A stretch of 32,000 nucleotides of DNA from Candidatus Harpocratesius repetitus. GTDB lineage: Archaea; Asgardarchaeota; Lokiarchaeia; Sigyniarchaeales; Promethearchaeaceae. The number at the start of each line of letters is the position of its first letter. Within the stretch, counting starts at the first letter, position 1. The stretch covers positions 1,830,001 to 1,862,000 of the forward strand of contig JAIZWK010000001.1 in assembly GCA_021498095.1 (NCBI GenBank). The letters are read 5' to 3'. Shown here one piece after another: positions 1 through 10,800 of the stretch. The position numbers and the translations under genes were made by a program. The notes under the pieces were generated by a model that saw only the letters and a program-made list of their open reading frames with translations, had not been told where the DNA came from and searched no databases.

Positions 1-1
1 T

Positions 2-655
2 GCAGTTCTTCTAGTTCATCCAAATCCCTCCATTCGGAAAATTGTAGCTTCTTTTCTGCATAAATGTCTTCCTAACAGAACTTTACAGCTCTATGATGCA
101 GGTAATTTAATTAATGAATTGCCAAATTCTATTAAAATCAAAGTCATTCAGCAAATGACAGAATATTATAAAAAAGCAGATTTATCATATCTTAACTTCT
201 CTACTTTTTGGTTGGGAATGTATGGAACTGATGATAGCCTTCCCTTACTTATTAAGAATTTATCACATCCTTCTATTAAAATTGTCAAACAAGTGATTAA
301 CGCTATTGGTATATTTGGTTCTCCACGTGCAATTCCATATTTACTTCCCTTAATTCATAAGTATAATGATCAATCCCAAATTCAACGCGCTGTCATAGAA
401 GCCATTGGAATCTTAGGTCAAGAAGGTGTTGGTATCCAAAGTTTAATACATGAACTTTATACCCAAGATTCTACAAATTATCAATTATTAGAAAGTTATA
501 TCAAATCATTTGGAGCGCGTATATTAAAATATATTGCTTGTGAGATTGAATTCGAAAAGAATTCATTTAGAAGGAGGCAACTACAAGAATTCTGTGATTC
601 GATTGCTCAAGAATTTGCCATAAAAACATCAAAACAATACACTATCCTTTTATAG
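2..655 (+). CDS. HEAT/PBS-lyase-like repeat protein, 5'-truncated by the window edge
   Basis: Frame 2 is open from base 2 (AVLLVHPNPSIRKIVASFL...) into the tracked ORF, so the TTG at 119 is not the true start. Repeats such as 'LIKNLSHPSIKIVKQVINAIGIFGSPRAIPYLLPL' and 'IQRAVIEAIGILG' match HEAT-PBS repeats. Confidence 0.75.
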   Translation, partial: AVLLVHPNPSIRKIVASFLHKCLPNRTLQLYDAGNLINELPNSIKIKVIQQMTEYYKKADLSYLNFSTFWLGMYGTDDSLPLLIKNLSHPSIKIVKQVINAIGIFGSPRAIPYLLPLIHKYNDQSQIQRAVIEAIGILGQEGVGIQSLIHELYTQDSTNYQLLESYIKSFGARILKYIACEIEFEKNSFRRRQLQEFCDSIAQEFAIKTSKQYTILL

Positions 656-686
656 GTTGCGAATTTCTTTTTAAATAGGAACTTAA

Positions 687-1823
687 ATGATATCTTTTAG
701 TAAATCTCAAATTCTTATCATAGTAATTTGGTGTTTAATATATACAATAGGTTTGATTCTGCGTTTATTCAATCTTTTCCCTTTATATTATCTGATTATT
801 GTTGAAATATATTTATTTATTTTCTTTTTATTGAATATTCGATATGCTCTTTCATCCCATAATAATTTCGAGAAAAAGAAGCATTCAGATTATTTTATAA
901 ATGAAATCTTACTTTCAATTTCATATTTAGCATTAATAATCTATCTTCCTTTTCTTTTTTCTCGGAATTTAGGCGATGAATTATGGTCGTTTATCTATTT
1001 TAATTTATGGAATTCGCTTTCCATTCATATTTTTTGCTGGTTTATTTACATTCTTTGTGCTCAAAGGAATAATCAGCGAAAACATCGTAATCTAAATTAT
1101 TCTGAGTGGTTATATATTGTCAGAATGCTTCACAATTCGAAAAATGATGTAGTTCATAATTCTACACGTAAATTGATGCATTTTGGAATTGCTTTTGGCT
1201 TATTATTAATCTACATTTTATCTAGAATATTTGTGGATATTCCCTTGTTTTCCCAATTTAAAATTTCTGAATCCCTTTTTATAAATTATTGGTGGTTTGC
1301 AATCTCTCTTCATTTATTATGGATGCTTAATATTGCCGATCTCTTCCGTTTGAATGGTTTTTCTTTTTTGGGTCGTTTTGCTACAAGGTGGTTTGAATCA
1401 TCTATTCGAGAAAAAGAATTTTATACGTTTACTTCAGCTCCTTTAATGATTATTTCTTGGCTTCCCTTTCTTTTAGCATCACAGCCAATTTTTATTATTG
1501 TAGCATTTATTGGTTCAATAAGTGATGCTTTAGCAAGTATTATTGGTAAAAAATATGGTAAAATTAAGGATTCTCATGATAAAACAAGAGAAGGGTATTT
1601 TACAGGATTTTTTTCTACTTTTATTCTAAGTTTCTTGGGAATTATGCTTTTTATTCCATCGATTAATTCAATTTGGTTAATTTCATTCGCATCTGTACTG
1701 ACTTCAATTGGATTCTATATAGTAGATCGCTATGCAAAATTAATTTCTGATAACTTTCTAAATTCCATGATAGTTGGTGGAATCTTATGGGGTTTCATTG
1801 CTTTTTTACAAAATTTTTCTTAG
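687..1823 (+). CDS. Polytopic membrane protein, CTP-dependent dolichol/phytol kinase-like (SEC59/VTE5/DGK1 superfamily)
   Basis: Many TM helices. Motifs RKLMHF, REKE, SDALASIIGKKYG and KTREG resemble the family signatures RKxxH, GDxxAxxxGxxxG and KTxEG. Confidence 0.7.
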   Translation: MISFSKSQILIIVIWCLIYTIGLILRLFNLFPLYYLIIVEIYLFIFFLLNIRYALSSHNNFEKKKHSDYFINEILLSISYLALIIYLPFLFSRNLGDELWSFIYFNLWNSLSIHIFCWFIYILCAQRNNQRKHRNLNYSEWLYIVRMLHNSKNDVVHNSTRKLMHFGIAFGLLLIYILSRIFVDIPLFSQFKISESLFINYWWFAISLHLLWMLNIADLFRLNGFSFLGRFATRWFESSIREKEFYTFTSAPLMIISWLPFLLASQPIFIIVAFIGSISDALASIIGKKYGKIKDSHDKTREGYFTGFFSTFILSFLGIMLFIPSINSIWLISFASVLTSIGFYIVDRYAKLISDNFLNSMIVGGILWGFIAFLQNFS

Positions 1824-2348
1824 CGGAAGATTTTTCTACAAAATTTAAAAGGTTATTCTCGGTATAAGTTTTTAGCAAATCATTGGGGGATGTACTATAG
1901 AATTCAATATTGAAAATGAAATTTATAGTGAAATATTAAACGCTTTTAATGCTCAAAATTTCAAAACAGGATTTGAAGAAAGAGAAATCATAAAATTAAT
2001 GCAATTATCAAAAAATCCCGCATTAAATCCAAAATTAGTTAATATTATTATAAACAATGCTATTATATTGTTATTAACGCTCTTTTTTCAAAAAAATTCA
2101 ATTACATCTAATGAATATTCTTTAAATTCTCATAATTGTAAAATAAATCTGAAATCTCTTTTTTTAAACGTTTTAAATGGCGATTTAACTACATTCTCTG
2201 CAAATTAATAAATATACCGAGATTTTTTTTATCTTATTCCTTTCCTTAACTTGGAAGAATCTTCTCAATTTTCTTTTTTTGTGCAAAATTTTATTTAAGT
2301 AAGTGCTTAAAATAAAGATAGAAGGAAATTTTACTCCCACGATCTGCC

Positions 2349-3422
2349 ATGAATGATTATAACCCTTTTCCTCAAGATCTCTCTTCTTTGCACGATAAGA
2401 TTTCAGATAATCCATTTAAGAATTATACGATCAGAGATTATCAAGAAATTGGGAAAAAATACGATCTTTTTCTCTCTGAAGCAAGTGTAGCTTATCAAAA
2501 AGGAAAATCTGTGTTGCATAATATAAGTTTGTTTTTAAAACCAGGGGAAATATTAGGATTGATTGGAGGAAGTGGTGCTGGGAAAAGCACATGCATGAGA
2601 GTAATGACCGGTCAAATCAAACCTCCTCAATTGACCCATGGGTTTGCAGTTACTGCAGGATATCGTGCGGTTAGGGATAATTTAAAATTAATTCATCAAA
2701 TTGGCTATGTTCCACAATTAGAATATCTCTCTTTATACGAACAATTTTCGGCTCTAGATAATTGCCTGTTCTTTGGTAGGAATTATTGTATTTCAAAGAA
2801 ACAGATTTTAAAAAGAGCTCGTGAGATTTTAGGTATTTTGGGATTTGAAAATGAAGAATTACTGAATAAACCTGTTAAATATCTTTCAGGTGGCGAACGA
2901 AAGCGAGTCTCAATTGCTGTTGGGCTTATAAATACACCAAAAGTATTATTCCTAGATGAACCGACTACTGGTTTAGATCCACATCTTAGAATCGGTGTTT
3001 TAAATTTCCTATTAAAGATTAACAAGGAATTTAATACAACAATGGTAATCGTATCACATGATTTAGAAATCGCGGATTACTGCACTAAAGTTGCTATTCT
3101 TAATTTTGGAGAACTGGCAGGTTTTGGAAAACCAAAAGATCTCGTGGAATCTTTACCAAGCCATGGGAAGATGTTAAATATTCATCTAAAATCCTATAAT
3201 TCACGGATTCATCTTAGAAAAATAAAAGAAATTGCTGGAATTCGTTATGTCTTAAATGCAGGAAGAAATCAAATTAAACTGTTTTCTGATGAAATTGAAA
3301 ATTTAAATTTAATAATTTCACAATTAAGAGAGATTGGTTTGGAAATTGAACATTTTAGTTTAGATCAAGCTGTTTTTTTAGAATATTTTCGCATAAAAGG
3401 AAAACATATTGAGGGGGTTTAG
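2349..3422 (+). CDS. ABC-2 type transporter ATP-binding subunit (A1)
   Basis: Walker A GGSGAGKST, Q-loop VPQ, signature LSGGERKR, Walker B LFLDEPT, H-loop VSHD, and a C-terminal DUF4162/ACT-like domain. Confidence 0.95.
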   Translation: MNDYNPFPQDLSSLHDKISDNPFKNYTIRDYQEIGKKYDLFLSEASVAYQKGKSVLHNISLFLKPGEILGLIGGSGAGKSTCMRVMTGQIKPPQLTHGFAVTAGYRAVRDNLKLIHQIGYVPQLEYLSLYEQFSALDNCLFFGRNYCISKKQILKRAREILGILGFENEELLNKPVKYLSGGERKRVSIAVGLINTPKVLFLDEPTTGLDPHLRIGVLNFLLKINKEFNTTMVIVSHDLEIADYCTKVAILNFGELAGFGKPKDLVESLPSHGKMLNIHLKSYNSRIHLRKIKEIAGIRYVLNAGRNQIKLFSDEIENLNLIISQLREIGLEIEHFSLDQAVFLEYFRIKGKHIEGV

Positions 3423-3424
3423 AG

Positions 3425-4612
3425 ATGTCAGAAGATATTTTATCGGATACTCGATCACGATTATTAAGAATTACCAATATGGTAAGAAAAGAAGTAAAAA
3501 CATTAATTTCTGATAAAACTGCTATGTTTATCCTCTTTTTCATTCCATTTTTGTTGATTCTAATATTAGGAACTTCACAACCGAATTTGGAGGCGACTAA
3601 AACCACTATTTGGATCATTGACTATGATCATTCTGAAAGATCAGAACAATTTATCGAGACAATGAAATCTTTGAATCTATCTTTGGCAGTGGGTCAAAGA
3701 TTAACCCCAAAGATTTACGCTTCTGGTGAATTCGCCCCTATTGAGCCAGACCTTGGGGAAGTGGAATCTTATGGAAATGTTACTGAAGAATTGGCTAGAC
3801 GAACAATTACCACCCAATATTTAGATGCATATATTATTTTACCTCAAGGATTTGAACAAGATATTTCAATAAATGGAACAACCACAATTATTGTTTACTA
3901 TGATGCAATTGATTTTACAAAAATGATTGTCTCTGATATGATAGTTTTGGTGGGTTCAAGTGAGATTCAAGTGAAGAATATGTTATTTGAACGCGATATT
4001 ATATATTTTCCTGAGACTCGGCCTAAGAATTATGATCTTAATATCTTGGATCTTGGTGCACCTTATTTTGTTCCATTGATGCTCTTCTTTACCATGCAGT
4101 TGATTTCTACTCAATCAATTGTAGGGGACATTCCTCTTCGGCGATTACTTAATACAAGTTTGAAACGGGGAGAAGTTATAACTGGAAAATTAATTGCTTA
4201 TACAATTATTGGTATTTTTCAAGTTCTGCTTAGTATGTCAATGCTTTCAATATTTAAGGTTACAATGCATTGTTTATGGTTAGATCTATTTTTGATTCTT
4301 CTTTTAAATTCCATTGTAGGCATCACCATGGGTATATTTATTTCAACTATAACAAAAAGCCGTTTACAAGCGTCACAATTATTCCTTTTACTCTTTTTTT
4401 TGATGTATATAAACGTATATTATGTTCGAAATATATTCTTTCTAACATTTATTCCTATTGAACAAACTCGAATTGTCTATGAATTTCTTGCTTATCGTGG
4501 AAAAGGAATGCTCTCACTTTGGGCTCCAATAATGTATATGGGTATTACAGGATTATTTTTCTACCTGGCTTCAGTGATTTATATAAAATTTATTAAAAAG
4601 GAGTTTATATGA
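3425..4612 (+). CDS. ABC-2 type transporter permease (P1)
   Basis: N-terminal KEVKTLISDK plus TM1, a large extracytoplasmic loop (IIDYDHSERSEQF...AYIILPQGF), then five TM helices with the RRLLNTSLKRGEVITGK motif. Starts 2 bp after the ATPase. Confidence 0.9.
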   Translation: MSEDILSDTRSRLLRITNMVRKEVKTLISDKTAMFILFFIPFLLILILGTSQPNLEATKTTIWIIDYDHSERSEQFIETMKSLNLSLAVGQRLTPKIYASGEFAPIEPDLGEVESYGNVTEELARRTITTQYLDAYIILPQGFEQDISINGTTTIIVYYDAIDFTKMIVSDMIVLVGSSEIQVKNMLFERDIIYFPETRPKNYDLNILDLGAPYFVPLMLFFTMQLISTQSIVGDIPLRRLLNTSLKRGEVITGKLIAYTIIGIFQVLLSMSMLSIFKVTMHCLWLDLFLILLLNSIVGITMGIFISTITKSRLQASQLFLLLFFLMYINVYYVRNIFFLTFIPIEQTRIVYEFLAYRGKGMLSLWAPIMYMGITGLFFYLASVIYIKFIKKEFI

Positions 4613-5835
4613 TGAAAGGTAAATTTAAATTGTTCAGTAATTCTTTACTTTCGAAATTGGCAGGATGGAAAGAAGATCATTTAATAAAACCCCTTAAACG
4701 TTATGGAGCCTTAGTAGTGAAAGAGATTAAAGTCTTGATTAATGATAAAGGTGCAATGATAATCACATATGTCATTCCCTTAATTGTAGTTCTTGTGTTA
4801 ACTATAGGTTCTAGCGGCCAAATTATTTCAACTGATGATTCCAGCAATAGTGCCAGAATAAATGAATTATTTAAAAATGAAATACCAATAATTGGGATCA
4901 TCGACTACGATCAAAGTGAAGGTTTTCCAGATCGAGATCTTTCTTCAGATTTTCTCGCAAAATTTCAAGAAGCACAAACAGAAGGGCTCTGTACTCTTTT
5001 TGAAACAACAAATCAAAGCGAATTGGAATTTTTATTAGGAGATGGGGAAATAAATGCATTTATAATCATTCCACCCATGTTTGAGTTTAATCTTTCAATT
5101 CATCTTCCAGTAATCATTCCAATCGTAATTGATTCAATAAATACGGTCAATCTTCAATCTACTCAGCAGATTGTGGATAGTATAATTCAAGATTTTAAGC
5201 AAGAAAATGATTTTACTGGAGTATTTAAAATAGACAAGAATTTGGTGAATGTACCTGATAAGAATCAAATATTTTTCGCCGCTGCCCCTTATATAATTCC
5301 TTTAGTGATATTTGGGATTGGTTGTCTGACTTCTACTCAAAGTATCGTCTCAGATATACCAAAAGATCGAATGGTTTTGACCCCAACGAATAAAGGTGAA
5401 ATGATGCTGGCTAAAGTATCTGCAAATATTCTTATTCAGCTGGGTGTTGTCATTATTTTTATTATAACAAGTCTTTTTGTTAATTTACAAATTATGAGTA
5501 ACTATTTTATGTATTTTATTGTGTTATTTTTAATGGAGATTAATGCCGTATTAATTGGTGTAGCTATTTCAGCTATTTCTAAAACACCCTTGGCTGCTTA
5601 TCAATATTTTATTTTTGTTTTTATTTTTCAAATTGTGGCTATTTTATTTATTGAAAATCCGATGATATTGATGACAATGCCTCTTTACAACGGTTATCAA
5701 TTACTTTTACAAATTGTGCTCCGGGGACAGACTTTTTGGTCAGTACGTGTGAATTTTTTTAGTCTGGCGGTTGAATCTTTAATTATATATTTCATTGGAT
5801 ATATTGTGTTTAAAATTCAGAAAACAATGCTTTGA
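4609..5835 (+). CDS. ABC-2 type transporter permease (P2), paralogue of P1
   Basis: KEIKVLINDK plus TM1, IIDYDQS loop, AFIIIPPMF, RMVLTPTNKGEMMLAK. ATGA overlap with P1. Confidence 0.9.
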   Translation: MMKGKFKLFSNSLLSKLAGWKEDHLIKPLKRYGALVVKEIKVLINDKGAMIITYVIPLIVVLVLTIGSSGQIISTDDSSNSARINELFKNEIPIIGIIDYDQSEGFPDRDLSSDFLAKFQEAQTEGLCTLFETTNQSELEFLLGDGEINAFIIIPPMFEFNLSIHLPVIIPIVIDSINTVNLQSTQQIVDSIIQDFKQENDFTGVFKIDKNLVNVPDKNQIFFAAAPYIIPLVIFGIGCLTSTQSIVSDIPKDRMVLTPTNKGEMMLAKVSANILIQLGVVIIFIITSLFVNLQIMSNYFMYFIVLFLMEINAVLIGVAISAISKTPLAAYQYFIFVFIFQIVAILFIENPMILMTMPLYNGYQLLLQIVLRGQTFWSVRVNFFSLAVESLIIYFIGYIVFKIQKTML

Positions 5836-5861
5836 TTTTTTTAAGATAAAAAATATCTAAT

Positions 5862-7790
5862 ATGGAGATAAAAATGGGACCGGTTCAAGATGAAATTGAA
5901 GAAGAAATTGTGGAACAGAGTATTTTTGGACGTAATCAATTTAAAGAATTGATAGAATGGCTTCAAGCACGAAAAATGTTCCAAATACGATGTGAAATCA
6001 CAGGTATGTATAACTTAACCGAGCAATTTTTCAAAGGTAAAGGTGTTATTCTGAAAAGATATGATGGCCGGATTTTCCCAAATACTGTTTATATTCTGCT
6101 TAATGAAGGAGATATTGGAAAAGATGAGATTTTAATTGGTAGGCGAATAATAGAAGTTAGTAATCAGCAATTAATTCAGCCATTTCAAACTTTCGGAATG
6201 AATCAACTTGAAATTTCAGAATTATCAGAAGCTATTGCTCCTAATGTATTTGTTCTTGAAAATTCATTTAAAAAAGATTTGCAGCACCAAACCTTTTTTC
6301 GTAATAGAGAATATGATAGAAGTATTGATTTTTTGACTTCTTTAATTAAAAAATATGAAGTTAATGCTTATATCGAAGGGATACTTGTTTCAAAAACAAA
6401 ACAGATTCCTTGTATTATTACAGGAATGGTCAAATCAGTTGTTGGAAAAGATATTTATATTTCATTATGGGATGCTTTTGATCCTACTGATCCATTGAAT
6501 GATGAAACTAAAGAATGGCTAACCAGGGACTGGATAATCCAAATAGGTCAAATGGGTATAAACAAGGTTCATCCGAAATATTTACTGTTTGAAACAGGAG
6601 AAGAACTTTCATTAACAAAAAAGGTTTTAATTACAAAAAATTTATCCGTTTCATTTTCTGGAAGAAAAATTATTGAAGATGTATCTTTTACCTTGGAAAA
6701 GGGAGAGATTATGGGAATAATCGGAGAATCTGGAGCAGGTAAATCTACTACAGTTAAAGCAATACTCGGGGAAGTTGATTATTCTGGAGAAATACTTGTT
6801 TTTGGCATTGATGCACATGATACTAAAGCGATTGCTCCATTTATTGGATATGTCCCACAAGATCTTTCACGTATGTATCAAAATTTCAACTGTTTGGAGA
6901 ATATTGTTGCCTTTGGAAGACAATATGGGGTTCCAGATGAACTTTTAATTCAACGAGGAAAAAAAATTCTTACAGATTTGGGTATTGGACATGTCGCTAA
7001 TCAACCGGTTTCTTCGCTTTCAGGGGGTCAGAAAAGACGCGCTTCAATTGCAATCGCTATGGTTCATAATCCATATCTCATATTTTTAGATGAGCCCACT
7101 TCTGGTCTAGATCCATTAGCGAGATATGAGTTATGGAATTATTTGGATTTGATAAATAAAGAATATGGGATTTCTTTAGTAGTCATTTCTCATTATTTAG
7201 ATGAAATTGAATATTGCGATAAAGCTTGCATTTTCTTACGCGGGATCGGGTTTTATGACTTTAATTCTCCTCAAGGATTAAAAAAGGCTCTACCTGGAAA
7301 AGGATTGGCATTAGAAGTTACACTAGAAACTGTTAACATAGAAGCAGTAGAAGTACTAAAGCAAATTCCTGGGGTCGTTTTTACAATTCAACGTGGAGAA
7401 CGAATACGATTATTAAGTGACATTCCTTCCAAAATATTAGGTGATCGTGTCATTGAATCATTACAACGTGCGAAAATTCCCCTTCACAGTATTACATATA
7501 AAGTTTCAGTAGATATGGTTGATTATTTTACCTATGTGAGTGTAATTCATCAGCAAGAAGGGGGAGGTGACTTAGGTCATCTTTCAAAACTGGAAATACT
7601 TGAAATAACAAAAGGTGTAAATAATACCAGTGAGCCTGGAATTGTAACTTTATCAGATAACCAAATTTTAATGGTTGATGTTGACATGGATAAGATTAAT
7701 GTTCCTGTAGAAAAAATTGATGAAACGCGCGCCAGCTTGAAAGAGCAAAAGGATAAACTTAAAAAAAAAAATCTGAAACATAAAAAGTGA
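5862..7790 (+). CDS. ABC-2 type transporter ATP-binding subunit (A2) with a ~250-aa N-terminal extension
   Basis: Walker A GESGAGKST, VPQ, LSGGQKRR, IFLDEPT, ISHY. Has an extra N-terminal beta-rich region and a charged C-terminal tail. Confidence 0.95.
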   Translation: MEIKMGPVQDEIEEEIVEQSIFGRNQFKELIEWLQARKMFQIRCEITGMYNLTEQFFKGKGVILKRYDGRIFPNTVYILLNEGDIGKDEILIGRRIIEVSNQQLIQPFQTFGMNQLEISELSEAIAPNVFVLENSFKKDLQHQTFFRNREYDRSIDFLTSLIKKYEVNAYIEGILVSKTKQIPCIITGMVKSVVGKDIYISLWDAFDPTDPLNDETKEWLTRDWIIQIGQMGINKVHPKYLLFETGEELSLTKKVLITKNLSVSFSGRKIIEDVSFTLEKGEIMGIIGESGAGKSTTVKAILGEVDYSGEILVFGIDAHDTKAIAPFIGYVPQDLSRMYQNFNCLENIVAFGRQYGVPDELLIQRGKKILTDLGIGHVANQPVSSLSGGQKRRASIAIAMVHNPYLIFLDEPTSGLDPLARYELWNYLDLINKEYGISLVVISHYLDEIEYCDKACIFLRGIGFYDFNSPQGLKKALPGKGLALEVTLETVNIEAVEVLKQIPGVVFTIQRGERIRLLSDIPSKILGDRVIESLQRAKIPLHSITYKVSVDMVDYFTYVSVIHQQEGGGDLGHLSKLEILEITKGVNNTSEPGIVTLSDNQILMVDVDMDKINVPVEKIDETRASLKEQKDKLKKKNLKHKK

Positions 7791-7802
7791 AGGGGTAAAA
7801 AA

Positions 7803-10800
7803 ATGCAACAAACTCGACAAAAAACAAAGATATATGGTAAAATCTTCCGAAAACAAGTCAATATCTTCTTTATTTTCCTTATTTTAATGATTCCCGGATT
7901 ATTTCTCCATTTTCAATCACCAGCAATACAAAATAATAATTTTAATTTTCTTCAAATGATAAATAAATCCACTCCGAATTCACTAAAAACATCTACTTAT
8001 GCTCATATTGATCCACGATTAGCCGATCTTATCAAAAATAATGAAGATCCATATAAGAAAGTAAATGTTCTTCTTTTTTTTTCCGATAAACCTGTTAAAT
8101 ATTCTGAATTATCCAAATATGGAACAATACAAATCTCATTTACTTTACTTAAAGGATGTAAATTTGAAACTACTCTTAGTCATATCGAAAAATTGGGATT
8201 ATTGCCTTATATTCAATCAATTTGGTGGGATTTACCTATTCCTACTTCAATTCCCTCATCAAATATTATAGAATCTTCTTCTTTTTCAATAAAGGCTGAA
8301 TACAAAACTCAGAGCACTGAATTTGTAAATTTTACTAATGAAATTAACGCAAATCAGTTATGGCAGCGTGGTATTTCTGGAAAAGGTGTAGTTATTGCTT
8401 TGCTTGATACTGGTATTGATATTTCAGGTTCTGGAGGAGGCAATTTGGATGATTTAGACGATAACAGTTCAACAAACGATCCTAAATTTCTTGGTGGGGT
8501 ATCAATGGTTCCTGATGAACCTCTTTACTATACCGATTTAACAGGACGAGGAACTTTTCATGCAGGAATTGCTTGTGGGACTGCTGGATTAAATCCTGAA
8601 TATATTGGTGTTGCTCCAGATGCAAAGTACTTAAACGTGAAAATTTTCGATTCACTTGGGATAACATATTGGTCGTTTATGATATCTGGTATTGAGTGGG
8701 CTATTGAGCATGGAGCGGATATAATTCTATTTGTAGCCACTATTCCTGGATTGTATTTGGATCCAGTTTGCCAAATAGTGAATGCTGCCGTAGATCGTGG
8801 TGTAATCGTAATAACCCCTGTGGGTGATGATGGTCCTTCTTATATGAGCGTCAATACTCCTGGACAAGCCAATCAAGCAATTTCTGTTGGAGCTTACAAT
8901 TCAATAACTAAAGAAGTTTGGGAACATTCCAGTCGAGGGCCATCATATGATTTTCACGTTGGACCTGATGTAATCGCTCCTGGGGTTGATTTGATTGGAC
9001 CAAGGGCAAGATATCTAACGAATGAAAGTATAGAATTGGCAGTGAATTTTATAACTCAGATTTCACCCGAGATGACTGCTGTTTTGAATTCTCAATTGAA
9101 TTCCCTTCAAGCAGAATTTGATACTCTTTCAAATTCTATCCCAAAGTCACCTTACGGGACTCCTCTTTCTGAAGACTCAAGTTTTACTCGTGCTTCTGGG
9201 ACAGGTGCTGCAGCTGCAGTATGTGCTGGGGGTGTTGCTTTATTACTTAATGCTTTTCCTTTAGCTACTCCTGTAATTATTCAACAAGCTCTAATGCGAG
9301 GTGCACATTCTATTAGTTTTCCTCAAGATATTAATTCAGAAGGTTCAGGATTAATTGATCTATTGGCTTCTTATTCATGGCTCCAGGATTTTTATAAGAA
9401 AAACTTTACTGATTTTCAGAGTTCTTCAGTACCGCTTTTTTATTCAGGAATGATAACTAATGAAGATTTAACCAATGTATCTCAATACAGCACAGATCTG
9501 AATTATTCACAAATTGAAAACACTACTTTTTCAGCATTTATGAGTTCTCAAATGATGAGTTCTGCTTTAGTTATTAATACATTAAATGAAAGTAATCCAT
9601 TAAACGTTCAGAACATCTCAATACATCTTCCATTGAATCAATTTGGTGTTGGATACTCCCTTTCTGGAGATTCTGAAGATTTTGAATTTCATTGGTTATC
9701 AGAATTTAAGGTAGTAAAAGAAATGCATGAAATGGTAAATACAATTGTATATCCTGATGGATATCGAAGATATGTCAGTATTCTTGAATTTAATGGGCTT
9801 TATATTGCTTGCTTAGTGGAGACTTGGGCTTATATAGGGGAAAAGAGTGATACCATATCAACATTTAATTTTACAAGTCCCTTAACAGGGGAATCTTATC
9901 AGACTGGTTTAAATTTTTCAACCTTGAAATTGACTCATCGATTAAACGCCTTTAAATTTTCCTTTCATTTTATGAATGAGCGAAAAGATCATCAATCATT
10001 TAGAAACTTAACTTTAATTTCTTTTATAAAGGGAGATTTGTTTGTAAATGAAACAGGAACCTTAGATAATTTAAATTACAAAGGATTTGATGCAGAAAAT
10101 ACCTTAGAATTCATGAAGGACGATATAGTTATATTTGATTCACAATCTCAAATGATGTGGGTGGAAGATTTTGATAATTCATCGAATTTACTTAATAATC
10201 CAAGATACGCAGCAATTGGATTTGTATCTTCATCGCATAATTTGTCTTCTTTTGCAGTTGGGAATAGCTTTAACATCTTATTAAATATTTCTCAAGCTAA
10301 ATTGGCAAATTCTACTTGGAATTCAAATATTTCAAAAGATGTTGTTTTTTCACAAAAAAATTCAACTAATTCTCTTATCGATCCAAGTTTTGCACAACTT
10401 TATTCTTTAAATGATTTGGAATTTGGAACTACTTCTGAATTTAATGGAGTTATGTCCATTTCACAAGCAAATTCAATATCAGAATGTCGCGATATTGTTA
10501 AATCAAATGCTGAATTACTTCAAACAAATACAACTAACTATAATGTCACTGATCTGATTGTTTTTTCTGCCAGTTTTTCGAGAATTCATGAACCTCATGT
10601 TCCCTATCAATCATCTGTAAAAATTCTTAATTTAGGAAATCAAATTATTCCAAATACACAATTAGTTTTTTATTCAAATCGAACTGTAAAACATGGAGAA
10701 TCCGAGATTTATTCACGTATTATTTCTATTCAAAATCTTCAACCATTTAATTTAAAATCATATAATACTTCTTGGATTCCTCTGGATTCTGGAATTTATC

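Noticed and set aside
1930-2180. Recurring TTAA(A)CG(C/T)T motif upstream of the ABC operon, also present in the MITE left arm
   Set aside because: The matches are short (about 8-11 bp), irregularly spaced and expected by chance at this AT content.
1999-2415. Short ORFs 1999..2208 (+) and 2185..2415 (-) upstream of the ABC operon
   Set aside because: Low-complexity AT-rich translations that overlap each other and the ATPase start, with no motifs. More likely promoter or intergenic DNA.
7761-7771. A11 run near the end of ATPase A2 as a programmed frameshift fusing it to the S8 gene
   Set aside because: It encodes an ordinary Lys-rich tail in an AT-rich genome with many such runs, there is no evident stimulatory structure, and the next gene has its own start and signal segment.
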